Positions 8,456 through 19,022 are shown, counted from the stretch's first letter. The stretch: DNA of 64,000 nucleotides from Desulfobacterales bacterium (GCA_046483495.1 JAWODC010000044.1:128001-192000); one strand, 5' to 3'. Numbers and translations: made by a program. Notes: a model not told the origin generated them from the letters alone.

Positions 8456-9802
8456 TTGCGATTCCCTACTGCCAAATCAATTCACACCCTGCGAAAAGAC
8501 GCCGCGGATATATGGCTGTCCGGCGTTCATGCCGTACACCCCTTACAGGCGACTTTCCGATTTTGCAGCCGCAAACAGGGGGTATTCAGTATTAACGGCA
8601 CCTCATATGACCTCGATCGTTTTAAACGCGTTTTTGTCATCGGTGCCGGAAAAGCGACCGCCTCCATGGCGAAGGCGATCGAGAACCTGCTTGCGGATCG
8701 AATCGACACCGGGCTGATCAATGTCAAATATGGTCATACCGAATCCTTATCGCGGATTCGCATGAATGAAGCCGGCCATCCGACCCCGGATGTGAGCGGT
8801 TTGTCCGGAGCTGCGGAAATGTTTCGCATGGCTCAGTCGGCTGCCGCAGACGATTTGATATTGTGTTTGATATCGGGAGGCGGTTCTGCGCTGCTGCCGC
8901 TGCCGGCGGACGGCATTTCCCTGTCGGACAAACAACGAACCATTCAGGCGCTTTTATCATGCGGCGCTGCGATTCACGAAATAAACACCATACGCAAACA
9001 TATTTCTGCGATTAAAGGAGGCCGGCTCGCAAAAGCAGCCGCACCGGCTTCTGTTTTTACATTGATACTCTCCGATGTCATCGGTGACGATCCGGCGGCG
9101 ATTGCATCAGGCCCTACGGTTCCGGACAATACAACCTTTCAGGACTGCATAACGGTAGTCGACAAATACCGGCTATGGGACATGCTGCCGGCATCCGTTC
9201 TGCAGCACATAAAAGATGGTGCAGCAGGTCAACGGGACGAAACGTTAAAGACTTCGGATTCGGATTTCGGCAATTCGGCACATGCCGTTATCGGAAGCAA
9301 TTCCGACGCGCTTGCCGCCGCCAGAAACAAAGCGGAATCGCTGGGGTATCATACGATGATTTTATCCAGCCTCATCAGCGGCGAAACGAAACCGGCAGCA
9401 GAATTTCATGCCGCCATTGCCGCTGAAATCAGAAAATCGGGGAATCCGGTCCCGCCGCCTGCCTGTATTCTTTCCGGTGGAGAAACCACCGTCCACGTAA
9501 CAGGCACGGGCCTCGGTGGACGAAATATGGAATTTGCGCTGGCTTATACAGCGGCAGCGGCCGGACAGATCGATTTTATATGCCTAAGCGCCGGAACCGA
9601 CGGTACGGACGGCCCTACAGATGCGGCCGGCGCCTTTTCCCATGCACTTACGCTGAAAAATGCGAAGCAATGCGGGATGCGGCCGGATGCATTTCTCGCC
9701 GAAAATGACAGTTATCACTTCTTCCAGCGAATCGGAGATCTTTTCGTTACGGGGCCGACCAACACCAATGTCATGGACCTGAGAGTTTTGATCGTGGTAT
9801 AA
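8456..9802 (+). CDS. Glycerate 2-kinase (MOFRL/class II family)
   Basis: GAGKA, EAGHPTPD, ISGGGSAL, SDVIGD...IASGPT, GGETTV, GGRN, GTDGTDG, TGPTNTNVMD. Confidence 0.93.
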   Translation: MRFPTAKSIHTLRKDAADIWLSGVHAVHPLQATFRFCSRKQGVFSINGTSYDLDRFKRVFVIGAGKATASMAKAIENLLADRIDTGLINVKYGHTESLSRIRMNEAGHPTPDVSGLSGAAEMFRMAQSAAADDLILCLISGGGSALLPLPADGISLSDKQRTIQALLSCGAAIHEINTIRKHISAIKGGRLAKAAAPASVFTLILSDVIGDDPAAIASGPTVPDNTTFQDCITVVDKYRLWDMLPASVLQHIKDGAAGQRDETLKTSDSDFGNSAHAVIGSNSDALAAARNKAESLGYHTMILSSLISGETKPAAEFHAAIAAEIRKSGNPVPPPACILSGGETTVHVTGTGLGGRNMEFALAYTAAAAGQIDFICLSAGTDGTDGPTDAAGAFSHALTLKNAKQCGMRPDAFLAENDSYHFFQRIGDLFVTGPTNTNVMDLRVLIVV

Positions 9803-9837
9803 AAAAGGTTATATATGTGTAAAGGATTGAAAACGAT

Positions 9838-10293
9838 ATGCGTGCGGTGATTCAGAGGGTTGAAAAAAGTTCGGTTCGTGTAAACGAAAAACCGATCGGC
9901 ACGATCGGCAACGGACTGATGGTGCTGCTCGGCGTCGGCAGAGAAGACGGCTTTGCAGATGTTCGTTACCTATGTGACAAAATCGTTAACCTGAGAATTT
10001 TCGAAGACGATCGTGGGAAAATGAACCGTTCGCTGGTGGAAATCGGCGGAGAGATGCTGGTGGTTTCCCAGTTCACCCTGTACGGCGACTGCAGAAAAGG
10101 CCGGCGCCCCTCGTTTACGGCCGCCGCAGAACCGGAAAAAGCGAATGACTTATACGAACAATTCGTTTCGTGCGTAAAAAAAAATGGAATCGCCGTTCAG
10201 ACGGGCAGGTTTCAGGCCGTCATGTCTGTTTGCATCGTCAATGACGGCCCGGTCACCCTCATAATCGACAGCAAGGAAAAGAAGAAAGAATGA
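9838..10293 (+). CDS. dtd: D-aminoacyl-tRNA deacylase
   Basis: [27 protein letters not shown]. Confidence 0.97.
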   Translation: MRAVIQRVEKSSVRVNEKPIGTIGNGLMVLLGVGREDGFADVRYLCDKIVNLRIFEDDRGKMNRSLVEIGGEMLVVSQFTLYGDCRKGRRPSFTAAAEPEKANDLYEQFVSCVKKNGIAVQTGRFQAVMSVCIVNDGPVTLIIDSKEKKKE

Positions 10294-11579
10294 TCCCACA
10301 ACACACCATCCGTCTATTTTTTCGATTCAGGCTCTTTCTGCCGCTTCTGATGTGTTTGCCGGTTTTTGTCTCCGCATCTTACGCGGATCGATCACCCCTG
10401 ACCGGTCAAGCAGATGCAAGCCGCCTGTACAGCCAAATCGGGGACCGAGACGCCGTCATCCTCATGGACCCATCCGGCCGCTTAGTGGCGGCAAAACATA
10501 TCAACAGGCCGATCATCCCCGCCTCTACCCTGAAGGTGCTCACCGCATTGGCATCCCTGCACTACCTCGGTGAGAGCCATCGGTTCTCCACCCTGCTCTA
10601 TCAGGATGACGAACACAACTTGTACATCAAGGGTTTTGGTGATCCCTTGCTGGTTTCAGAGACCATAAATGCGATCACCGCCGAACTGGCCGAAAAGCTT
10701 GCCAGCGTAAACGACATCATTCTCGATGCCGGCTATTTCGCCGATCCGATCTCGATTCCCGGCATCAGCGATTCGCTTCAGCCGTATGACGCACCCAATG
10801 GGGCCTTGTGTGCCAATTTCAACACGGTTAATTTCAAACGGCTTGAAAACGGCGTCTATACCAGTGCCGAACCGCAGACCCCCCTTATCCCGTTCGTCAT
10901 GAAGCGCGTACGGTCTTCGGAATGCGATCAGGGAAGGATCATGCTTTCGGCAAAAGCGCATGAATGCATTCTGTACACGGGCCATTTATTCGCTTTTTTC
11001 CTTGAAAAACATGGGGTTCGAACCGGATCACGTATTCGCATGGGCGACTGCGATCCCCATAAGGTCCGACATGTCTACACCCATGTTTCAGAACATGACC
11101 TGATGTCGGTTATCGAGAAAATGCTGCACTATTCCAACAACTATATCGCCAACCAACTGCTTATCGCCGCATCGGCAAAAGCCTACGGAGAGCCGGGATC
11201 ACTCGACAAGGGCGTTGCCGCCATCGAGGCGTTTTGCCGTGAAACCTTCGGTTCAAATGATATCAGCCTATCGGAGGGTTCCGGAATATCCCGAAAAAAC
11301 CGCGTTACAGCGTCTTACATGGCCGGTGTGTTGAAAACGTTTCAACCCTATCACCATCTTTTGCGCAAAGAAAAAAATATCTTTTTCAAAACAGGCACAC
11401 TGCGCGGCATCAGGACACGAATCGGTTATATCGCGGGACGGACGGGCGGGCTTTACCCGTTCGGCATTTTTTTCAACACCCCCGGAAAAACAGATGAGGC
11501 CGTTCTGAAGCAGCTTCGTGAAGTGGTGGACCGAATAGACGGACCAAACCGCGTCGCCGACAATCAGGGCGGAGATTAA
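10290..11579 (+). CDS. dacB: D-alanyl-D-alanine carboxypeptidase/endopeptidase (PBP4, peptidase S13)
   Basis: Signal peptide; SxxK (PASTLK), SxN (YSNN), KTG (FKTGTL), GFGDP, EGSGIS. Confidence 0.88.
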   Translation: MIPQHTIRLFFRFRLFLPLLMCLPVFVSASYADRSPLTGQADASRLYSQIGDRDAVILMDPSGRLVAAKHINRPIIPASTLKVLTALASLHYLGESHRFSTLLYQDDEHNLYIKGFGDPLLVSETINAITAELAEKLASVNDIILDAGYFADPISIPGISDSLQPYDAPNGALCANFNTVNFKRLENGVYTSAEPQTPLIPFVMKRVRSSECDQGRIMLSAKAHECILYTGHLFAFFLEKHGVRTGSRIRMGDCDPHKVRHVYTHVSEHDLMSVIEKMLHYSNNYIANQLLIAASAKAYGEPGSLDKGVAAIEAFCRETFGSNDISLSEGSGISRKNRVTASYMAGVLKTFQPYHHLLRKEKNIFFKTGTLRGIRTRIGYIAGRTGGLYPFGIFFNTPGKTDEAVLKQLREVVDRIDGPNRVADNQGGD

Positions 11580-11662
11580 CCCCCGCCCGCTCTCAAAATA
11601 CCCTTTCAATTCGGCAAGACCACCCCTGGATTGAGCCGGCGGGATATGCCGATTCAGGCGAT

Positions 11663-12442
11663 CTAGACGCTGGTGATATGCGCATAAGCGCTGTGGTTGT
11701 GGATGGATTCAAAATTTTCCGCACTAACGGAAAACCAGGTGATGTTTTTATCCTTCTGCAGCTTTACGGCAATATCCCGAACGATGTCTTCCACGAATTT
11801 CGGATTTTGATAGGCATATTCCGTGACATGTTTTTCATCGACTCGCTTCAAAACCGAATACACGTCACAAGAGGCGCACGATTCCACGAGTTCGATCATA
11901 TCTTCGAGCCAGATAAACTTTTTAAACCGCGTACTCAATTTTACCCGGCCTCTCTGGTTATGAGCCCCGCAATCGCTGATCTCTTTTGAGCAGGGGCAAA
12001 CAGAGGTGATGGGAACGATGACTTCGCAAACCAGGTCAAGCGTCCCATTGGGGTCACTGGAGCCGATAAAGGTGCAGTCGTAGTCCATGAGTCCCGGCGA
12101 ACTGCTGCGAGGTGCGGATTTTTCGATGAAATAGGGGAAGGCAACCTCAATGTGAGCCGAAGCGGCGTGAATGGCCTTTTTCATCTGGTCAAGGACCATC
12201 GATATATTTTTAAGGGATACTTCGGCACGAAATACATGAAGAATCTCCACAAACCGGCTCATGTGGGTGCCTTTATTCTTATGGGGCAGGTCTACATACA
12301 TGTTGATCGAGGCCACCGTATTTTGAAACGTATTCCGCCGGTCGGCGACTTTTATGGGATATCTCAGATTCTTGATGCCGACCTTATCGATCGGAATGTT
12401 TCGGTAATCTCTTTGATTTTGAACATCTATCATCGTGATCAT
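11663..12442 (-). CDS. folE2: GTP cyclohydrolase FolE2 (type IB)
   Basis: KGTHMSRF, CPCSKEIS, AHNQR, NPKFVED, ESIHNH. Confidence 0.96.
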   Translation of the reverse strand: MITMIDVQNQRDYRNIPIDKVGIKNLRYPIKVADRRNTFQNTVASINMYVDLPHKNKGTHMSRFVEILHVFRAEVSLKNISMVLDQMKKAIHAASAHIEVAFPYFIEKSAPRSSSPGLMDYDCTFIGSSDPNGTLDLVCEVIVPITSVCPCSKEISDCGAHNQRGRVKLSTRFKKFIWLEDMIELVESCASCDVYSVLKRVDEKHVTEYAYQNPKFVEDIVRDIAVKLQKDKNITWFSVSAENFESIHNHSAYAHITSV

Positions 12443-12487
12443 TTGAATACGATATTCACCTCCATTTTGGTTATTTAAACAGCGGCA

Positions 12488-13219
12488 TCATTGCAGCATA
12501 TAATCCATTTTAACACGGCTCAGCGATCTGAAGATATTTCCTTTAATTTTCTTGTTGCTCTTGTACAGGTCTGACAGCAGCCGCTTAATTTCACTGCGTT
12601 TCGACTGCCGTGCGGAGGGGCATGGATTTGGAAGGTCGAAAAATCCCTGCTCCTCTGCAAACCGACGGATGACATCCTCATCCACGAAAGCCAGCGGGCG
12701 TATGACCGTAAATTTTCCCTCGAAAAAAGATTGGGACGGAACCATCGTACTGATTTCCCCTGTATAGCACATATTCATAAACAAGGTTTCAATGATGTCG
12801 TCTCGATTATGGCCGAACGCGAGTTTATTGCACGCCAATTGGTCGGCGATTTCAAAAAGCCGCTTGCGTCTCAACCAGGAACACAGAAAACAAGGATTTT
12901 CACGATTTTCAGTGCTGTGAGCGATGCGGCCGAAATCCGTTTTTTCGACCCTCAACGGCATTATGGCGGATTCACAAAAGTCCGCCAAACGGCGGCCGAA
13001 AGCGTCATCGAATCCCAAGTCGATGTAAACGGGAAAAAGTTCATAGGTTACCGGAATTCTGAGACGCCGTTCATGCAACATCCATAAGAGCCCCAAGCTG
13101 TCGCTTCCGCCGGATACGGCCACGAGTATTCTGTTCCCGTCGGAGATCATGCGGTAGCGATGCAGCGCCCTGCCCATCGCCTTGTTTATCGTGTTGTATG
13201 TATTGGAATACTTAGGCAT
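12488..13219 (-). CDS. ttcA: tRNA 2-thiocytidine(32) synthetase
   Basis: PP-loop VAVSGGSDS, CFLC..LRR, GHNRDD, IRPL, CP. Confidence 0.88.
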   Translation of the reverse strand: MPKYSNTYNTINKAMGRALHRYRMISDGNRILVAVSGGSDSLGLLWMLHERRLRIPVTYELFPVYIDLGFDDAFGRRLADFCESAIMPLRVEKTDFGRIAHSTENRENPCFLCSWLRRKRLFEIADQLACNKLAFGHNRDDIIETLFMNMCYTGEISTMVPSQSFFEGKFTVIRPLAFVDEDVIRRFAEEQGFFDLPNPCPSARQSKRSEIKRLLSDLYKSNKKIKGNIFRSLSRVKMDYMLQ

Positions 13220-13260
13220 CGTGAATGCCGACGCGTGCCCGTTAAAAAAAACCTGTTTAC

Positions 13261-13292
13261 CTGAAACGAAATTCTCATTTCCGGATGGACAC
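13261..13292 (-). repeat. Left-end fragment of the MITE family
   Basis: Reverse complement GTGTCCATCCGGAAATGAGAATTTCGTTTCAG vs GTGTCCATCCAGAAATGAGAAAATTCGATTCAG at 42897. Confidence 0.7.
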
Positions 13293-13302
13293 CTGTTGAA
13301 TG

Positions 13303-13512
13303 TTACGTTTCGTCTTCCGATGTCTCTTCTTGAATCCGAACTTTACCCGCGGCAATTTCCCGCAATGCCACAACAATATCCTCGTTTTTCGGCGAACTGA
13401 CCAGGTATTCGGCACCCTCCCTGATCTGGCGTACCCGTTTGGCGGCCATGTTCACCAGAACAAACCGGTTCGGCACTCGTTTCAGGCAGTCTTCAATCGT
13501 AATGCGCGCCAC
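13303..13512 (-). CDS. rpoZ: RNA polymerase omega subunit
   Basis: MARITIEDCL..VPNRFVLV.MAAKRVRQI...ALREIAAG. Confidence 0.97.
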   Translation of the reverse strand: MARITIEDCLKRVPNRFVLVNMAAKRVRQIREGAEYLVSSPKNEDIVVALREIAAGKVRIQEETSEDET

Positions 13513-13614
13513 GTTTTCACCTCCATTTATTTTTTTAAATCATAGAATGATGATCACAAGGTTTACAGCATCACCGGACATAGCGCCGGGACAGTGCACA
13601 CTCATCATGATATA

Positions 13615-14082
13615 TCATAAAATTTCGACGACTTCATAGCACCGCTTTCCGCCCGGAGCCTGAAGCAGGACTTCATCTCCAGGTTTTTTGCCGATAACGG
13701 CTTTGCCTAACGGGGATGCAATGGAAATCCGCCCCAATTCGATATTGCTTTCCTCCGGCCCCACCAATTGATATTCCACCCGTTCCCCGGTATCTATATT
13801 TTCCAGAACGACGGTGGAGGCAAACACCGCTCGATCCTTGGGCAGCGTTCTCGTGTCGATGATTTCTGCATGGGCCAGCTTATAGCTCAATTCGTTTATT
13901 TTAGACTCGATAAAGCTTTGGCGGTCTTTTGCAGCTGCAAATTCCGCATTCTCGGACAAATCACCGTGAGCGCGGGCTTCTTCTATGGCTTTGATATTTT
14001 CCGGCCTTTCAACCGATTTAATGTGGTCAAGCTCTTTTCTTAGCGTTTGGTATCCTTGCCGGGTTATGGGGAATCTATCCAA
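13615..14082 (-). CDS. greA: Transcription elongation factor GreA
   Basis: ARAHGDLSENAE, ISIASPLGKA, APGG. Confidence 0.96.
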   Translation of the reverse strand: MDRFPITRQGYQTLRKELDHIKSVERPENIKAIEEARAHGDLSENAEFAAAKDRQSFIESKINELSYKLAHAEIIDTRTLPKDRAVFASTVVLENIDTGERVEYQLVGPEESNIELGRISIASPLGKAVIGKKPGDEVLLQAPGGKRCYEVVEIL

Positions 14083-14149
14083 TTATCCTCCTTTTCGGCA
14101 TCTTCCTGAACATGTATTTCACCTTTTTTCCGGATGGTGCGCTCGGCAC

Positions 14150-15220
14150 CTATTCGTTTTCTTCCACGTACTTGACGATGAGGTCCCCCACCTGACCGGT
14201 GGAATACCCCATTTTACCCGCACCGAGATCCTTTATATCTTCCTTGAGCACTTTCATGACGGCCCGTTCGATCATGTTCGCGCCGTTTTCCCGGTTCAGC
14301 GTCTCGAGCATGATCTGGGCGGCCGATATAGCGGCTATCGGGTTTATCACGTTTAAACCGGTATACTTCGGTGCCGACCCGCCGATCGGTTCGAACATGG
14401 AAACACCAGCCGGGTTGATATTGCCTCCGGCGGCGATCCCCATTCCCCCCTGCACCATCGCCCCTAAATCGGTAATAATATCACCAAACATATTGTCCGT
14501 AACGATAACATCGAACCATTCAGGATTTTTTACCATCCACATGCACGTCGCATCCACGTGAGCGTAATCCGCCTCAATTTCAGGGTATTCTTTTGCTGTT
14601 TCAAAAAATACCCGCTCCCACAAATCGAATGCATAGGTCAATACATTGGTCTTGCCGCAAAGGGTGATCTTTTTTTTCCGGTTTCTTTTTAGGCAGTACT
14701 CAAACGCAAAACGGATGCACCGCTCCACCCCTTTCCGGGTATTGATCGATTCCTGAACCGCCACTTCATCCGGCGTACCCCTCTTCAGGCACCCTCCGGC
14801 GCCGGTATACAACCCCTCCGTATTTTCCCGGACCACGACAAAGTCGATGTCGTCCGGACCTTTGTCTTTCAAAGGGGTGTCCACACCCTCATAGAGCTTC
14901 ACCGGCCTCAAGTTGACGTACTGGTCCAATTCGAATCTAAGCCGCAGCAGAATTCCTTTTTCAAGCAGCCCGGGCTTAACGTCCGGATGGCCGATCGCCC
15001 CCAAATAGATGGCATCCTGTTTGGATATGGATGCAAGGGTATCGTCCGAAAGAATTTCTCCCGTTTCCATATAGTGGTCCCCACCCAGTGGGTACGGGAC
15101 GAAATGGATATGAAAACCGCATTTTGCCGAGACGGCTTTCAATACTTTAACGCCTTCGTTCACCACTTCCGGACCGGTGCCGTCTCCCGGTATCAACGCA
15201 ATCTCATAAGTATTTTTCAT
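14150..15220 (-). CDS. leuB: 3-isopropylmalate dehydrogenase
   Basis: PGDGTGPEV, NLRP, RENTEGLY, DVIVTDNMFGDI, FEPIGGSAP. Confidence 0.9.
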   Translation of the reverse strand: MKNTYEIALIPGDGTGPEVVNEGVKVLKAVSAKCGFHIHFVPYPLGGDHYMETGEILSDDTLASISKQDAIYLGAIGHPDVKPGLLEKGILLRLRFELDQYVNLRPVKLYEGVDTPLKDKGPDDIDFVVVRENTEGLYTGAGGCLKRGTPDEVAVQESINTRKGVERCIRFAFEYCLKRNRKKKITLCGKTNVLTYAFDLWERVFFETAKEYPEIEADYAHVDATCMWMVKNPEWFDVIVTDNMFGDIITDLGAMVQGGMGIAAGGNINPAGVSMFEPIGGSAPKYTGLNVINPIAAISAAQIMLETLNRENGANMIERAVMKVLKEDIKDLGAGKMGYSTGQVGDLIVKYVEENE

Positions 15221-15324
15221 ATGCTTCGATCACCTCTACTCGTTTGCTGTTTCACCGATGAGCCGTTGAACGGCTCATTGGATCAATCGAACGTTCTATG
15301 GATCTCCTGTAATCTGGAATTTTC

Positions 15325-16077
15325 TTAGGTGTCTCTCGCCTCGGCTTTCTGTTGCCTAATCTCAACGTACCGCCGAACGGAATTGACCGGACCTGAAAGG
15401 ATATAGGAGAACCCTAACAGAAACAGGGTTATGGCCGGCTGCGCCGCGATCAGAATGATGACCAGAATTGCAGCGACCAACACATTGAAGTTCATCCGAT
15501 TGAAAAGTTCAGGCTGTTTAAAACTGTAATATTTAATCGTACTGACCATCAAAAAGGATAAGCCGTACAGAAAAATAAGTACCGCCAACGGGTTGACGTC
15601 TCCCGGCGTTTGGATACGATTCGCCAGCAATACGGCCGCCGCCGTCATTCCAGCCGCCGCCGGTATGGGAAGCCCTACGAAATGGTCATTGTCGACGGTC
15701 CCGGCCTGGGTGTTGAATCGCGCCAACCGCAATGCGCCGCAGGCCAAAAAAAGGAATGCCGCCAACCACCCGATCCTTCCAAGCGGCTCCAACGCCCACA
15801 TGAACATCATTAAACCCGGCGCTATACCGAACGAAACAAGGTCCGCCAGCGAATCGTATTCGATCCCGAATTTGCTCGTCGTATTCGTCGCTCTGGCAAT
15901 TTTTCCATCCAGCATATCGAAAACCGCAGCGATCATAATGACGATCGCCGCCTGTATAAATTGTCCGTTGATTGAACAAATGATGGAGAAAAATCCGAAA
16001 AACATGTTGAATGTCGTAAACAGATTGGGAAGAATGTAAATTCCCCGCCCCCGTTTATTTCTCGATTTCCGCCTCAC
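15325..16077 (-). CDS. pssA: CDP-diacylglycerol--serine O-phosphatidyltransferase
   Basis: LPNLFT, DMLDGKIAR...DSLADLVSFG, RLARFN, GLPIP. Confidence 0.95.
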   Translation of the reverse strand: MRRKSRNKRGRGIYILPNLFTTFNMFFGFFSIICSINGQFIQAAIVIMIAAVFDMLDGKIARATNTTSKFGIEYDSLADLVSFGIAPGLMMFMWALEPLGRIGWLAAFLFLACGALRLARFNTQAGTVDNDHFVGLPIPAAAGMTAAAVLLANRIQTPGDVNPLAVLIFLYGLSFLMVSTIKYYSFKQPELFNRMNFNVLVAAILVIILIAAQPAITLFLLGFSYILSGPVNSVRRYVEIRQQKAEARDT

Positions 16078-16772
16078 GATAAATACCCCATGATCGATAC
16101 GCCTGCCTTGACGTTTTCTCCGATCGTTGCATTGACATCGAGGTCGGAAGGAAGATAAATATCGAGCCGGGAACCGAAACAGATCAACCCGAACCGCTGC
16201 CCGCGCCTGAAGTGATCGCCTTCCTGTGCATGAGAGATGATGCGCCGGGCAATCATTCCTGCAATCTGAATAATGCAGATATCTCTTCCTTCGTCTGTTT
16301 TCACATATACGGCGTTCCGCTCATTTTTTTCTGATGCTTTGTCCAGGCTCGCATTGAAAAAGGTCCCCGGATGATAATCCGTCTTGGTGATCATCCCGGA
16401 TTCGCAGATGCGGTTTACATGAACATTGAAAATGCTCATGAATATGCTGATCTTGATGCAGGAGGTCGGATAATACGGTGTTTCATCCAACCGTTCGATT
16501 CGGATCACCTTCCCGTCGGCGGGTGAAACCACTGCACCCTGCCGCGTCGGAATAACGCGATCCGGGTCCCTGAAAAAAAAACAAACGAAAACGGTCACCA
16601 TCAGTGCGAGAATCGCCAAAACGGTCAATTGCAAGAGCGCCAGAACCCCTGTTACAAATGCCGATGCAAAAATAAAGGGGTATCCGGCCCTGGCAATCGA
16701 AAAGGCCGTCGCACCCGGTTTATCCGACCAGGCGTAATCATCCATATGCATATTCCAACAGTTTTGTTGCAA
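16074..16772 (-). CDS. psd: Phosphatidylserine decarboxylase proenzyme
   Basis: FFRDPDR, SPADG, HVNR, NERN, FGSRLD self-cleavage motif; coupled to pssA. Start probably at a downstream ATG. Confidence 0.93.
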   Translation of the reverse strand: MQQNCWNMHMDDYAWSDKPGATAFSIARAGYPFIFASAFVTGVLALLQLTVLAILALMVTVFVCFFFRDPDRVIPTRQGAVVSPADGKVIRIERLDETPYYPTSCIKISIFMSIFNVHVNRICESGMITKTDYHPGTFFNASLDKASEKNERNAVYVKTDEGRDICIIQIAGMIARRIISHAQEGDHFRRGQRFGLICFGSRLDIYLPSDLDVNATIGENVKAGVSIMGYLS

Positions 16773-17054
16773 CGGAATTTATAAAAATTTTATATTTATA
16801 CCCAGCCCGTCGGGACTTGTCAATAATAACCGGGGACTTACCGTTCAATTATATGGATGCTTGACAGAGCCGTTGGGCCCGTTTGCCGGCAATTGGAGCG
16901 AGATGGGAGAGACGGGCGCGGCGAGCGGACGGGATGGGCCTTCCACTCGGTTGGGGCTTGCATTGGTTGAATGTATACCATTATGGCGCGGGTGGCGGAT
17001 GAATGCAGCCGATATGCGGACCATGTTTTTACCCCGCCTTCGGCGATGGTGCCC

Positions 17055-17783
17055 TTAACGTTTGTTTTTACGGGCTGCTGTCGTTTTCTTTTCGGCATAG
17101 TGGATTACAGCTTTTAGAAGCGATGCGCTGTGTCCGATTTGACGGTAAGCCTCGGCTTTGGATATCAGCCTGTTTTCATTTTCGAGTTCGGCTCCCTTTC
17201 TAATCGACAGATTTGCAATCCGGGCGATGTGCGCCGCCACATCCTTTTCCGAATCGAGTGAAATCGGATAAATCGCTATCTTGTCGAGATGTTTCAAGAC
17301 ATCGGCATTGATGCGGCCGTCGGTGAGGGAATGGCATCTTTTGTTGTACGCGTTATATTCGGTGTTGTGAAGGGGCTGCGACAGGTCTCCGATGTAATGC
17401 GCGCAAAACGCCATGTGATTTTCCGGGTATTCACCACGGGAGGCCTCCTCGATATACGTTCTCAAAGAACCGAGGATGGCACCGTAAAGATGCCCTGAAA
17501 ACGTGAGTTTATCATATTTTTCAGCCTGCTCGAACACCATTTCGGTCGTAATGACACGGTCATGGGGATTGGCCGAATAATGGTTTAACGACTCGCGTCT
17601 TCCGGCTTTTACTTTCACCAGGTCCGCCGCGGCGGCATTGTACCACTTTTTGTAGCCGGCCGCCTTGGCAATGGCGATATGCGTTTCATCATACCACGCT
17701 CCGGCAAGGTCCGGCAGCCACAGCAGAGGGAGAAACAGCAACAAAACGGTTGCACGAGACGCTGAAGCAACGATTTTTTTCAT
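17055..17783 (-). CDS. Secreted S1/P1 nuclease / Zn-dependent phospholipase C family protein
   Basis: Signal peptide then W..ETH, HYIGDLSQPLH, HSLTD zinc-ligand pattern. Confidence 0.8.
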   Translation of the reverse strand: MKKIVASASRATVLLLFLPLLWLPDLAGAWYDETHIAIAKAAGYKKWYNAAAADLVKVKAGRRESLNHYSANPHDRVITTEMVFEQAEKYDKLTFSGHLYGAILGSLRTYIEEASRGEYPENHMAFCAHYIGDLSQPLHNTEYNAYNKRCHSLTDGRINADVLKHLDKIAIYPISLDSEKDVAAHIARIANLSIRKGAELENENRLISKAEAYRQIGHSASLLKAVIHYAEKKTTAARKNKR

Positions 17784-17795
17784 TCGGTAATGCGG

Positions 17796-18506
17796 TTATC
17801 CTTCCATTTCGGGCAGCCAAAAGGGACCGGTTTTCCCGATCTCCTGGAGCCTCGGGATAAAGCCCATCATGTATTCGGATAAATGTGAGAAGTAATCCGG
17901 ATCCAGCCTTCGTTTAAAAAAGTCCAACGAAAAAAGGGCAATGAGATCGGTAAGCGGGACGATACCGTCACGGGTGGACGGATCGAATTGGGCCCAATTG
18001 TTTAAATGTTCTTCCGACCGGAAGAAATGCATGGTGCTTCAGGCATACGGCATCTTCGCCATCCACTCCGGAAACGGCACCGATACATGCCCGATGATCT
18101 CCGCCGGTTGGGCGTCCTGCAGAACACCATCTTTCATTTCCACGTGAATGGGTTCACCGCAATCCAGGCAGGGAGAATCGATTTCGATCGTTTTTCCGGG
18201 GTACAGCCAGCTGACCGCCAGCGATTCGAACGCTCATTGTGCGAACCATTTCCGCTCCCCATCGATGGTGACGCTATACGGCGTCGGAAGGTTGTTGAAC
18301 GGCGCAAACGATACGATGATATCGGTTTCCGGGTAAAGCCATCCCGGAATGCCGCTGTTGAATAATTCGTGAAGGGTTTTGCGGCCTTCTTCAACGGAAA
18401 CCCCCAATTCCCGGGCAATTTCCGTATAGTGCGGTGCAACGCCCGTTTCCATCATTTTTTTTATGATGAAATGGAAGGTCCTGTTCAGGGTGGCGACATC
18501 ACTCAT
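17796..18506 (-). CDS. MerB-like alkylmercury/organometallic lyase with two selenocysteines (236 aa)
   Basis: ORFs 18234..18527 and 17796..18032 are in the same frame. Reading through TGA 18234-36 and TGA 18039-41 gives ...KWFAQ-U-AFESL...SPCLDCGEPI...MPYA-U-STMHFFRSEEH..., matching MerB motifs. N-terminal HTH-like domain; RBS AAGGAGG before ATG 18506. Confidence 0.88.
18009..18026 (-). promoter_or_regulatory. SECIS-like hairpin for the second UGA
   Basis: UUCUUCC-GGUC-GGAAGAA, a perfect 7-bp stem beginning after a 12-nt spacer from UGA 18039-41. Confidence 0.8.
18210..18222 (-). promoter_or_regulatory. SECIS-like hairpin for the first UGA
   Basis: GCUG-GCGGU-CAGC beginning after an 11-nt spacer from UGA 18234-36; shares a CGGUC core with the second hairpin. 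Confidence 0.6.
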
Positions 18507-18723
18507 GGCGGCACCTCCTTGGGTCAAATTATGGGATTGAAGTGACGTTCATTTCCGTCACGATGACGGGGCGGCATCGGCTTTTTCAGTTGTCGGTGTT
18601 CGAAGAACATGAATCCCGGTGTGATCGCAGCTGCCACAGGTTCTGGCTGCTAATTTCCTTAACACGTCGAATACAATTTCTCAATCACATTGTGCCGAAA
18701 ATGAAAAAAACAGCCGAATTGAC

Positions 18724-18872
18724 TGTCTCTATCCGGGAATGAGAAAATTCGCTCCAATTCAAGCCGGCCGGGAAATCTTAACGCAGGAATACGTTGCTTT
18801 TTTTTTGAGGCTTAAAATTTCCGGACAACAAGGAAACGGATTGAACCAGCCATTTTGGAAGGAATCTTACTA
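18724..18872 (+). mobile_element. Degenerate full-length copy of the MITE at 42897-43039
   Basis: Colinear shared blocks AATGAGAAAATTCG, TTCAAG, GCA.GAATAC.TTG, TTTTGAGG.TTAAAATTT, GAA.CAGCCATTT; termini decayed. Confidence 0.75.
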
Positions 18873-19022
18873 TCTTTTAAAGTTACTTTTAGTAATTTTA
18901 AGATAATTTTTTGCGATTTATATTTAAATATTGACAATAAACATTTTTTATGTCGGTTCGGTCTGTATCATCGGGCCGAAAGGTCTCCGGACAAGTCAGC
19001 CGGTTGCGTCAGAAAATTCGGC

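Noticed and set aside
17796..18527. merB-like pseudogene or two separate small ORFs
   Set aside because: Both stops are TGA, in frame, at catalytic Cys positions and followed by hairpins, with no frameshift. Recoding is the simpler explanation.
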